DNA of 64,000 nt from Schizochytrium sp. TIO01 (lineage: Eukaryota > Protista > Bigyra: Labyrinthulomycetes): NCBI GenBank assembly GCA_004764695.1, contig SMSO01000035.1, positions 1,922,001 through 1,986,000 of the forward strand, written 5' to 3'. Shown one piece after another: positions 45,401 to 55,143 of the stretch. The position numbers and the translations under genes are program-made. Numbering within the stretch: the stretch's first letter is position 1; every line of letters begins with the position of its first letter. Under the pieces are notes generated by a model. It did not search any database. It worked only from the letters and a program-made list of their open reading frames with translations, and was not told the origin of the DNA.

Positions 45401-46070
45401 CAAGATAGGAATCGGCCATCAACTTGGTCAGTTCCTTAGCGTCTTGGCTCAGGTGAAAGCACGCATGCCAGTTGGCACGGGTCTTAATTTGCTCCACTGC
45501 ACGGGAAAGGCCACCTTCATCACCAAAGCCACGATCTAGCAACGATCGCCACAGACTGACAGCTTTTTCACCTAGCTTTTGTTCCCAAGAGTTATTGCGG
45601 TGAAGACCTCCATTGGTGGGGGATTGCGAGCCATCCTCACGAGCGAGAGACTTGCGAGCCGCCTCAATGTAGTGATCCAGAAGCGGGCGAAATGCTGGAT
45701 CAAAGGACCCGCGAGTGTAATTGAACATCTCCTTGGCTGCTTGCAGAACCTCTTGCATCGGTGGTGACAGTTTGCATGTGGTTCCGACAGCCATGCGATT
45801 AATTTGGTTGAGCTCGCTGTTATCTACCCAGAGACTGAAAGTCTTTTCTGTCAGGTCAAACACGCCTTGGCAGAGTCGCATAACACTGTCTTTGGCCTTT
45901 TCAGGATCTTCTCCTGCAGGCGCGTAGAACTTGACCTTGAAGGGCATAGAACAGCGCACGCCCTCTACAGACAACAAGTCGGAGCTCACCTGTTCATCGT
46001 CGACGACCTTTGGTCTCTCAAAAGCTACCGATCCAACGACACGACTGGCACGAGCATCTCCGTCAGGCAT
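42432..46070 (-). CDS. Soluble NADH-dependent fumarate reductase, kinetoplastid FRD type: ApbE flavin transferase + fumarate reductase flavoprotein + cytochrome b5 reductase-like domain
   Basis: ATG 46070, 1212 aa, intronless. ApbE motifs: GSFDPA, LDLNGIAKGWAID, ATSGDYE, SHVLD, ADALATA. FRD motifs: VIVVGAGLAG, GGNSAKATSGING, VQLHPTG, EAIRGSGG, IHYTMGG, GANRLGGNSLLECVVFG. b5R motifs: GQYVAIRG..GFFSPV, AAGTGVAPM, ICGPP. Confidence 0.93.
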   Translation of the reverse strand: MPDGDARASRVVGSVAFERPKVVDDEQVSSDLLSVEGVRCSMPFKVKFYAPAGEDPEKAKDSVMRLCQGVFDLTEKTFSLWVDNSELNQINRMAVGTTCKLSPPMQEVLQAAKEMFNYTRGSFDPAFRPLLDHYIEAARKSLAREDGSQSPTNGGLHRNNSWEQKLGEKAVSLWRSLLDRGFGDEGGLSRAVEQIKTRANWHACFHLSQDAKELTKLMADSYLDLNGIAKGWAIDNIVDRLSKFGIKSAFVDWAGDIKVLGTHPGGRLWSVAVVEPPSIKDLVIATSDLMESRDRVSFSLGRYFEKNEKSKSYIALLELKPGQAAATSGDYEHVFRHRGNLYSHVLDSRKGTMMKLGDENVAQCTVVSHSAMFADALATAGLAAKDPAATRSMLDPLRTCLQKPVTDFLVYARHGPRVIRMEIPGVERKESREARWGKHEHAKVIVVGAGLAGFSAAIEAADAGASVILLEKENRTGGNSAKATSGINGWGTSTQAELGAADSEALFERDTFRSGKGGDTNLSLVRTLSTRSAPSIEWLKERFHVPLSVLSQLGGHSAKRTHRAPDDEHGNPVPIGFLIMKTLREAVETQYQGKIEIRTRSRVTKILQEEKSGRVHGVEYDCTDENDSVCKHEVLEGDAVILTTGGFGCDKSANSLLQEYRPDLEGIPTTNGPFATGDGVRLGKALGANLIDMDKVQLHPTGFIDPKNPSNPTKFLAPEAIRGSGGILVNCAGERFVNELDLRSVVAAAIQKHGSVYKHEDYVGQPFAWVILSEEAQKLFGLPSLGFYRDRLGLFETCKDVAECAKMIGCSEEALKSTFAEYSKAIEQHICSKTGKTAFPSALGPTDTNLVMARVTPSIHYTMGGLDINPGAEVQMMIPNNVIGKHRHIPGLFAAGEVTGGVHGANRLGGNSLLECVVFGRIAGERAATIKQPLKSLLVNEETAKSDGWVTCVLRETRNTDYKYGKSTREIRFNLHGSLQDSGLQVGQYVAIRGELDGETLQGFFSPVTRPGDEGVIGILCRFDERGGPIYKLLKYIRPGSVLQMKAMGGLRIDFSGGAITYNQRPIRKLGFLAAGTGVAPMVQIIREYIHHSQKLRNQGKSDQVAHLGSNLLYAAEEEDDLAFLKCFEDIQEKFPQDFRYYSILNKPPLGWTEGVGFIKPSLIRSRVFFPPAQDQLIVICGPPVFERIMVKTLLDLGYTRDNFYAYSEERD

Positions 46071-47100
46071 CTTGATCAAATGAATTTATCCTCTCAAACT
46101 CAATCTAGCTGCAAGCCGGAACAGACTAATTCCGGGATTAGTAGAAATGGTCACAACTACAGTGAAATCAAAAGAATTGCTTCGTTTTGCGGGTGTCACG
46201 AGTCTCTTCTTCTGTGTAGTCCTCACCTAGTCGCAGTTGAAGGCTTACGAAACCCTTCTCTTGTCCAGCAAAGCTCAAGATTTGGCTTTGCGCGATGCAA
46301 TGTCGATTGTTCGAGCCGAGCAGACTTTTGATGAAGATAATCAAGAAGGGTCGATTCTACTGATGGTGAGAGGAACCTCCTCCTCCTGAATTGAACCCAC
46401 TGGGCAGTCCCCGTTACCTTTCAAAGTATTGCAAGGCTCGGACGCACCTTGAGCCTGGCAAGGTCAAGCCGAGCTGCAAGCGTCCTGGAAGTCAAGGAAA
46501 ACAGCGGCACTGAGTAAGGATCGAGTATCCTCAAACGTTGCCGATCTGAGCTCGAGATTGTTGAGGTCCCACGATTGCAATTCTAACATTCTATAGATAG
46601 ACCTAGTAAGGACAAAGATTTTAGCTCTTTTTTTTTTCTGAACTTCTCTGGGAAAAGGCTTTCGTATGCCCAGAAAACGCAGACGCTACCGGTCAAGACA
46701 GGCCACTGCGAAGTAAGAGGTGCCCAAGTCGACTATGGGCTGAGTTAATTGAAAAGCTGCACGAACGAGATGAAACAAGTTCTAGTAGGTTGTTTTATTA
46801 CCAAAGAAGTCAATTGTTATCACCATTTTTAATATTCTCTGTTGCATTTAGGTGTAGCTCTTTCTAACAGTTACATCGTGAGCAGGGACGCTGGCAAAAC
46901 CCAAATCAGTTTCTGAGACTTTTTTGATGGATCAAAGAGACGTCAACGATTAAAGTTTGTGAAAGCGGCCGCTGTTGAAAGCCTCATCTGCAAATATCGC
47001 TGCTCTCTGCTTTTGTGGTCCTGGAGAACCGGACACTTGGCTTTAAAATGGCAGAGCTAAAATCAACAGAGACTTCATGATTGAAAAGGAAACAAAAAAG

Positions 47101-47161
47101 GAATGAATGAATGAATGAATGAATGAATGAATGAATGAATGAATGAATGAATGAATGAATG
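47101..47161. repeat. (GAAT)n microsatellite
   Basis: 15 perfect gaat units, about 1 kb upstream of the fumarate reductase start. Confidence 0.95.
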
Positions 47162-48957
47162 TCCATAGAATTTGAGAGAGCGTTACAAACACGTCAGTGT
47201 TGTCGTTGTCGTCGCTGTCATTGCAGTTGTGTTGCTGTTGTTGTCAGGAGCAGACAAAAGACTTGCTGGTTGATTTCAACGAGCGGGTCCAAGCTGACAC
47301 GAGCGAAGTCATGATATTACGACTCGGACGCTGGTGATGGAGCTTTATAGTGCAAATCACTGCAGAAAGTAATCAAAGCACGTTCAATAAGGAATGCCAC
47401 TGTATGTTAAACTAACCTCCTCCTACTTCTTAAAATAGTCTCTCACGCCAGCGTACTTATAATTTACGACCTTCAACAAGTTGTGGCCTCGAATGTCTCG
47501 AAGGGACAAAAGGACAATTATCATGGTGCTTGAGCATTAAGCGGGGTAGATTGGCGGCACAGATGATGTTAGCGCCTCAAGACTGCCGCGCACTTCTGAG
47601 AGAGGAGTGACTAGATTTACTACTCGTCTTTGCATAGCTGTAGCAATGACAACGTGGTTCCTGGTATATATAATCTATGGGCCCTATTGCAACGCAAATA
47701 TGTTGCTCTAAGAAGATTGTCTTTCTAAAGCCGTGGGGAATCCATAAGAGAAACATACTGTGTAGAATAAAGTGGCGCTCTGCATATGTGAGAATGAGAG
47801 CACATCTCAAAGCCCACGAAAGTAATAACATCAAAGTAAATAGCAATGACAATGAACAAATCAGTCATTCCGGTTGTGAGAATTGATACCTCCCCTCCGT
47901 TACCCAATTCACCCACAGTGCCTCGATATAGACAAATCAGATGAAGTAAGCAGTTCAAGAAACGAGACACGTGCTATACGCGAAACAATTCCCCGTTGTT
48001 GCATTTGTTGAGACGTGTGAATTGTCTTCGGAGTGTGTATTATGACGGTTCTTAGCTTGCTGCTGACGTGAGGGTCGTTCATGTTTTGATGCATTCTTGG
48101 GTTGCGGGATGAAGGAGCTCTCTCTTTAATGTATCCTCAATGTCATATGAAGCTGGACGTGTATTGTGGGGAGCTGTGGCAAGCCCGCAGTGTTTTAAGA
48201 AATGGACATAGGATTTATCCGTTGTGGGGTGATTGATCCATTCGGTGTAGCTCGTCTCTGATAACGCATTATGTCATTTATAGGTAAACTACGTACTTAC
48301 TCTAAGGTTGAAATCAATCATTGATGCAGCACCGCCAACTCCCAGGTGTGTGTATGTCGTTTCTCAACAAAAGCCCTTGAGATTTCCGCCATTCGAAGGA
48401 GAAGCAGTAGAGAAATGCAACTTGAAAAGTAAAGCAATTAAAAGGCTGTTCTTTTAGACCGTATCAGTATATTTTTAAGACAAGTATTGATGTTAAGTAT
48501 TGACAAATAAAAGGGTCCTGCGTAGAACGCGCGGAGTCCAAGTTTAACTTGAATTTGCTTATGGTTAGCTTCGTACATGAGACTTAGGGTGGACTATCAA
48601 ATAGTTATTAAAAAAGAAGAGTTCCAGCAAGTGTACACCAAGTGTCAAGCCAGGCTTGCTGCATGCTTCCTGGATTAGGAAAGCTATTAAATATGTTGCA
48701 CCCATTATAAAATAAGAGACTCTCTAATTCCTCCCCCTTATGTGGACATGTTTCCTTGTCGTAACAGTAACCAAACCCCGTGACAGGTGCTGCCAGCAAC
48801 CAGTTCACGGACGCAGACAACGAGATCGTTGGTACATGCGCTGCTGAATATTAAAATTAGAGGATTGAGGTGACGTAACCAAGTCTGTACAACGCCGAAG
48901 GGTACCGCATCTCGCGTGTTGCGTCCTCTTGACTCGCGCTTCTTACTAAAGAGCAGC

Positions 48958-49896
48958 ATGATGATGAACGATCTTGGAGTTGGCCTTGAGTCAAAAGAAC
49001 AGTGCCGTGCATTTTTAAATGAGTCTAAGGAAGACATTGAGGAGTGGTTACAAATTTTTCAAGACACCGACGTTGCGTTCATTCACATTCCTCGTGCTGG
49101 TTCAACGTCTCTGGAGTATGGAATCTTTGGCTCTGATAAACTACCTCGTCGGGTATCTGTTGCAGCAGAGCAACTTGAGGCACGGTTGAGCTACGGCCGA
49201 TTCCAAGAAATGTACAAGATTGCATCTGTTAGGAATCCATGGTCTCGCCTAGTCAGTGCTTACGAAGCCCTTCGTAACATTAAAAACGACGGCAGTGCAT
49301 TGCCAGAAGATGTCATCGGCCATCAACTGATACGCAAGCTTGGCTCTTTTGAAGCTCTTGTCGACTTTCTCTTCAAACTACATTGCCACGAAGAGCTCAA
49401 CGATTCACGCTGGCCCCTCCCTTTACCCGTGCTAAATACGAAGATCGGCCAAAAGTTCTGCCCGGTACAGTTTCGTCCTCAATACACCTTCGTAACGGAT
49501 GGCGATGATAATCTTCTGGTTGATGCTCTTTTTGCATTGGAGCGTATCAATGATGGCATATCGATGCTCAAGTCAGGTGCTGCTGATACGCGAAACATGG
49601 GTCGGCGCATTGACGTACCGGAGCTCCCAACACTTTGTCAGGGAGTGTTTGATGAAATTGATTATCTTTACTACTATCATGATCCATGGGTTGTAATGAA
49701 GGTTTCTCGGATTTATGCAAAAGACTTTCGTTTATTTCATTACGATGGCTCAGGCCCCCCTGATGAACAATGTCCACGCTACACGGAATCTCTGCGCCGT
49801 TCGAAGTCACTGGCATATCGGGCTCCGACAGCATCGAAAAGCGATTCAGAGGATGAAACAGAGGAGAAGGCAGATATTCGGAAGTCTTCTAACTGA
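48958..49896 (+). CDS. Sulfotransferase, Sulfotransfer_2 (HNK-1/CHST-like) family
   Basis: First ATG is 48958 (312 aa). 5'PSB-like FIHIPRAGSTS, 3'PB SVRNPWSRLVSAY, FRPQY and C-terminal IYAKDFRLFHY. Confidence 0.85.
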   Translation: MMMNDLGVGLESKEQCRAFLNESKEDIEEWLQIFQDTDVAFIHIPRAGSTSLEYGIFGSDKLPRRVSVAAEQLEARLSYGRFQEMYKIASVRNPWSRLVSAYEALRNIKNDGSALPEDVIGHQLIRKLGSFEALVDFLFKLHCHEELNDSRWPLPLPVLNTKIGQKFCPVQFRPQYTFVTDGDDNLLVDALFALERINDGISMLKSGAADTRNMGRRIDVPELPTLCQGVFDEIDYLYYYHDPWVVMKVSRIYAKDFRLFHYDGSGPPDEQCPRYTESLRRSKSLAYRAPTASKSDSEDETEEKADIRKSSN

Positions 49897-50590
49897 CGCA
49901 ATAAGGATGGCCAACTCATGTAAGTACAATGCGACTGAGAAAAAATTCGCTATCTATTCTGCATCGGTTGCTTTATGATGCACCCAATTTGTCGTTGCAC
50001 GGTATGATGTAGTCATGTTCCCAAACACCTGCAAGCATCAGATTATCCTCAATTTTTATTTCAACTTCGACTATATTTTGTGATTATTGACACGAACTTC
50101 AGATACTTCACGCCTGGAATGGGGCACACTCAAGGTTTAAAGAAACTGCAACACACGGGGGATCAGATCCATTCCGAATGTTGCTAAACAGTGGCTCTCG
50201 AATGTTTTGCATCGCAACAGTATGCCCATGCAACATAGATCATCAAGGATTGTGTACTAAATAAATGGCCCTAAAAAATAACAAATGATGGTCAAGCTCT
50301 GCCACCCAAAGCCGCACCTAGCATTCTTTCAGGAAAGGATGAGGAGTGAGTGATCGGTAATATGGACTGTTTAATAACAAGATTCTTTTTTCTTTTTTCC
50401 TTTTAAAGACTATACTAAAGTTTTGAAGGAAGTATAAGTCTTGCTTGCTGAAGCATAAACTACATTGTACAAGACTTAGATATTAGCTTTGTTGATTAAG
50501 CGCGGAAGATGAAAACTTCTGGTGTCTTACTGCCAGATTTATGCTTCATGGGCTCTCTTTCAAAAAAAAAAAATGCGTGGACAAGACTCA

Positions 50591-51358
50591 TTAAAAGAGC
50601 TGAGGCATTGCCGAGCGCGCCCTGAAAAAGCGAAGTGGGGCATCTGGGCCGTACTCCCTCTCGGCAAAGTCATGAAAGGATGTAACTTCGTCAACAAGGC
50701 CAACTTCCTTGGCTTTCTCTCCTACCCAGAAATCCCCATTGAAGAGTTCCTCATCAGAGGCGGTGAGACGATCTTTGCGTGCATTCTTCACTACATTGAT
50801 AAATACGCTATGCATGTCTCCGAGAAGACCCTTAACGCGGTCAACTTGCTTCTCATCTTCAGGCATGAAAGGGTCAAGTTGGCTCTTGTTTTTTCCGGCT
50901 GTATACACGCGACGCTCTACACCAAGTTTTTCAGCTGTACCCTGGAGTCCAAAACCACTGTAAATGACACCGATGCTGCCAACAAGACTGCAGTCCTCAC
51001 ACACGATCTTGTCTGCGCCACAAGCAATGTAATATCCTCCGCTGAGACCAGCATCTTCGATAAAAGCTACCACAGGGATTTCATGGTCGTAGGTCTTCTC
51101 ATACTTCTTTTTGAGCTGTTGAATTCTCTTGACAATGAGGGAGCTTTGCACAGGAGATCCTCCGGGAGAGTTGATCTGTAGTGCAATGCTGCGAGGGTTA
51201 CTAGCAAAGGCTGACGTTAGGCACACGTTGTACCGCTCCAAGTTGATGTGATTCGGCCGCGGCGGTGAGGCCTCTTGCACGACTCCGCTCATGCGGACCA
51301 GGGCTACGTGCTTGCCGCCATAGCGCCTCGCATAGCTCTCGCCAATTCGCCGCAGCAT
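50591..51358 (-). CDS. S49 family peptidase (SppA/SohB-like signal peptide peptidase), possibly mitochondrion-targeted
   Basis: 255-aa ATG ORF with INSPGGSPVQS, EDAGLSGGYYIACGADKI, VGSIGVI, TAGKNKSQLDPF and GLVDE. The N-terminus is Arg-rich. Confidence 0.9.
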   Translation of the reverse strand: MLRRIGESYARRYGGKHVALVRMSGVVQEASPPRPNHINLERYNVCLTSAFASNPRSIALQINSPGGSPVQSSLIVKRIQQLKKKYEKTYDHEIPVVAFIEDAGLSGGYYIACGADKIVCEDCSLVGSIGVIYSGFGLQGTAEKLGVERRVYTAGKNKSQLDPFMPEDEKQVDRVKGLLGDMHSVFINVVKNARKDRLTASDEELFNGDFWVGEKAKEVGLVDEVTSFHDFAEREYGPDAPLRFFRARSAMPQLF

Positions 51359-53030
51359 GCTTGCTTCACAAGATAGTTTTGGCCTCGCCTCGCAATACGC
51401 TCTACCAGTTCTGGATTTGCGTTAGCATTTCATGAATTGCAAAGCAAATCAGAAAAGGTGAAAGGGAGTGAGTCTCAGGAAATCTATCTTCGCTGAAGAT
51501 TTTTTTAATATTAAAAAGAAATACTGATGAACTTGAAATAAAAGAAATCAAGCCTCAAAGTAGTCAAAAGAAAATTAAAGGAACGTAATCGTAACCAGCA
51601 GGAGTGTAGGAACTACCTATACATACCTAGCACTTTCCCAAAGTGCTTAGAACGTTTTTACTTTTTCTTTACAATCAATTAAATATATAAATACATCCCT
51701 CTGTATATTTGTAAGAGTTCCTATCTACAAGCTCAATTAAAAGCAACAAATAACCGAGTCCCTCGGAGAATGATGATTGTAAAAATTGGAATCAAACTCC
51801 AAAAAGCTTGGGCTGGCTTTTGCTACTGCTGCTTCTGCTTTGCTAGGATTGAATAAAGAAGAACAAGAGGTTCCACGAATTATGATATCCAATTGAGATC
51901 ATACCAGTGCGGTGTAGATGAGGTTCTGCGAAGAGTTCCTTATGAAAAGGTCTGTAAATAAAAGACATTTGCACTGCACTTCAAGTTGGTCTTCATCTGT
52001 CTGTATAAACGAGGCGGGACTTCACTTCGTTTGGTACCGGCGGACCTGAAGACACCCATAATTCTTCGCACAATTCGCAATGACCAGTTGCGAAGATGGT
52101 ACCTAGGCGGCTTCCGAGATGCAACAGTACTCCTCCGTTGAGACAATGCAATCGGAGATGCAGTTTTACAGGAATATGAACTACCTACATTGTCGAAAGC
52201 GCTTATGGTTTGATATTTCACAGACGCTGAGATACGAAATCCATTTCGATTTGATATCGCAAACTTCGCCTCATAGTGGAATGGCGAGAAAGTCGAGGTC
52301 TTGCTGATGATGTCTACATCATATACATCCCGCATAATCCTTTGACTGCCTCTTCATAAATTCTACAGCTTTAAGGAGTCATGAAAGTCAGCTTCGAGTT
52401 GAGGGCTTATAATTGATCTAGGTTCGCTGAAGAAAGAAATGCAGAGCCCGCAATTGGAAAATAGCAGGCAGCCGAATCCTTCCCGGAAAGTCAATGCAAT
52501 GCCCCCGAATAAAGCTTTTATTGCAAGCTTCGAGACGAAACTCGGCTTGGCCAAGTCAGTCCCATCGGTCATTTTCGTAACCAATGTCCTTATACCTTGG
52601 ATGCCCAAAGTTCACAACACCCCTCATAACTTGGTTCCTTCGTGCAATTGTTGTTTGTTTCGTTTCGTTTCGTTTCGTTTGGATTACCTTCTATTAATGT
52701 TAGTGGAAGTTAACGAAAACTCCTAAGAAGGTGTTAAAAATGGCCCTTTCGTCAATTCGTTTATTCGTGCTCCATATATTTTGCAACGTTCTGTTCTCAA
52801 GAGGTCTACTTAGGAGGAGTTAAGTAGTTATAGGCTCAATGAAGAGAACAGCAACAGAGTAAACTCGAGCTGGCGCCACAACTCCTGCGCGTACGTACTT
52901 ACTTACTTTAGGCTATTGCTCCAGATCTGTTTTCGCGGTGCCGGCGAGCGTGACGAGCACTTCCTCGTCGACGCCACGCATTGTGTGGAATTCTTTGCAG
53001 AATTCTCTCCAGAACTTGAGCGAGGTCGTC

Positions 53031-54533
53031 ATGAGCGAGAAATCCGAAGCTGCTGCTACGACAGCTGACCATGAGACGGTTGAAGCTACGTCAAACCATA
53101 AGAAGCACGAAGGAAATCTTGCAGAGAACGAAGTTATGCCTGGTGTAAATGGCAATGCAAATTGTGAAGTCAATGGGGGATTTGAGGATGGAGAAAGAAT
53201 AAAATCTAGCGAGACTGGCGTAGTTGGAGATTATCTAGAACAGAAGGGTGCCACCTTGGCCAAAGTTGACGCTCAACCGCTGGCTGCAGCACCTGATGCT
53301 GGCGGCCATGTGAACGAAGATGAAGTTAAATCTGTATGGTCTTGCTTGAGAAGGTCATTCAGGCACCCTTGGTGCAGTGTCTGTGCAAATCCTGATAAAG
53401 GCGTCGAACCATGCTGCATCTGTCCAGGTTGCTGGTGTTGCGATCGCATGAGACCGTCAAGTATGACAGCAATTAAACCAGGAGAAGACCAGCATGACAT
53501 GGATGATGAAGAGGGGGAATGTTGCGCCGAAGCGAGATGCTTCTCCAGAGACTTTTGCGGAGTCTTCTGCACAAGTTTTGCGTGGTTTACTCTTACCTTT
53601 TGTAGTGGAACTGTCATCTTGTGCCTTCAGGATATCCCGTACTATATACTTAGCATTTACTTGTTCTTTGTAGGCAGCGCCATGACGTCTCTCTTTCTGG
53701 CGACGTGGAGTGATCCTGGATACGTTGAGAAGGGCACAGGACGTGAGAAGTGGGCCGAGATCAGTGCTGATGTGCGATCTGGCATGCGACAACGTCTAGA
53801 AGAACGACGCCAAGAGGTTTTTGAGGAAAATAAAAAGGGTCGTTTCGGTGACAAGCAGATTAATCTACCAGATGGCACAATTAAGCATGTTAAGGTGGCA
53901 TTAGCTCCGCGTATTGCGCTTACGGATGCAGAGATTGAAGTAAAGTGCAATCGTGCTGTGGAAAAATTCAGACGTAAAGTCAGGTACTGTCATGTGTGCG
54001 ATCTTTTTAAACCAGCTAGTGCGCATCATTGCCGGACGTGTGGGCGATGCATCAACCGCCTTGACCATCATTGTCCATGGATTTCAGGTTGTGTTGGCGA
54101 GCTGAACCAGCGCTATTTTCTTCTTTTCTTGTTCTACGTATTTCTCTCGGCCTCTTCTTCAATTCTTCTGTTCTTGTACCGGAGCTACATGTCAGTTTAC
54201 TACTCTCCGCCTCGAAGAAGGGGCGAGCCTGGGTCTGGGCCATGGCCAATCCTATTTTGCATTTTTTCTGCAATTCTCTGCTGTTTTTTCTGTGCGTTTG
54301 TCTGTGCCATGAGTTGTGAGCAGTATGAAGCGGTCACCACTGGTATTCCAGGTATCGATGCTATGCAAGGCGTTGGAGAAGACCAGGAACTTAGCATATA
54401 TCGTGGGCTGAAGAAGTACCCTTGCTTGGGTAACGGCCTTTCTCCACTTTGGTTCTTGCCTATCCCATTGCGTAATAAAAACGCAAAGAAGGAAAAATCT
54501 TCAGCAACCGCTGCGTCGAAAAAGAACGATTAG
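53031..54533 (+). CDS. DHHC palmitoyltransferase (ZDHHC3/7-like)
   Basis: First ATG is 53031 (500 aa). Two TMs, SDPG, the cysteine-rich domain YCHVCDLFKPASAHHCRTCGRCINRLDHHCPWISGCVGELNQRYF, then two more TMs. RDFCG before TM1 resembles ZDHHC3/7. Confidence 0.92.
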   Translation: MSEKSEAAATTADHETVEATSNHKKHEGNLAENEVMPGVNGNANCEVNGGFEDGERIKSSETGVVGDYLEQKGATLAKVDAQPLAAAPDAGGHVNEDEVKSVWSCLRRSFRHPWCSVCANPDKGVEPCCICPGCWCCDRMRPSSMTAIKPGEDQHDMDDEEGECCAEARCFSRDFCGVFCTSFAWFTLTFCSGTVILCLQDIPYYILSIYLFFVGSAMTSLFLATWSDPGYVEKGTGREKWAEISADVRSGMRQRLEERRQEVFEENKKGRFGDKQINLPDGTIKHVKVALAPRIALTDAEIEVKCNRAVEKFRRKVRYCHVCDLFKPASAHHCRTCGRCINRLDHHCPWISGCVGELNQRYFLLFLFYVFLSASSSILLFLYRSYMSVYYSPPRRRGEPGSGPWPILFCIFSAILCCFFCAFVCAMSCEQYEAVTTGIPGIDAMQGVGEDQELSIYRGLKKYPCLGNGLSPLWFLPIPLRNKNAKKEKSSATAASKKND

Positions 54534-55143
54534 TTTAGGCATTTCTTTGTTGGACAAGTGCTTGAAGAAGTGTTTCGTAATTGCTGGAGTAAACATGGAA
54601 TTTATCAAATCCTCCAACAATACCTCATTCGACGAAGCCTAATAGCTTGTCTGTGATTTATTTCGACTCTACTACACATCTTCCATCCCAAATACCCCTT
54701 TCTATGATAAAACCGGGCTGTTAGTATCTAAAGTCATCCAAAACGCCACCTTATCTTGTATGGATATACTTTACATAAAAAGACTCCTGCACAATTCATG
54801 AATTCTTTGGTGGAGTTCTTTTTAGAGGTACGAAAGAATTTAATTAGAATTAAAATAGGGGGGGAAGTGTAAGACCACTAAACTAGCAATGGCGCAATCA
54901 CGCTCGCTGATGTATATAAGTATATCTTATGGCAGGTGTCAATGGACTGTGGCGAAGTAGCAAAAGCTTTAGAATCTTTTATTATTAATTTTTGTATGCT
55001 CGTTAATGTTATGGTTAGTTTCCGAAGTTGAAAGCGCGATGGTTTGTGTTACAGCTGTATGGAGGGGATCTGTTTGATCTGTTGCAGGGTTTAGTGTATT
55101 GGTTGGTCAAGAATGTTCTCTCTCAAGTAAATTACTTGCCTAC

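Noticed and set aside
40103-46070. Functional link between the SLC19 vitamin transporter and the convergent flavoenzyme
   Set aside because: SLC19 proteins carry thiamine or folate, not riboflavin, and adjacency alone is not evidence.
50522-51181. 219-aa + strand ORF and similar long antisense ORFs (6392-6997, 14254-14790, 40094-40651, 45804-46331)
   Set aside because: They are shadows of well-supported genes on the opposite strand and have no recognisable motifs.
52363-52608. ORF beginning GIQGI, like the FEN1/XPG N-terminus
   Set aside because: It starts with TTG and has no following nuclease motifs.
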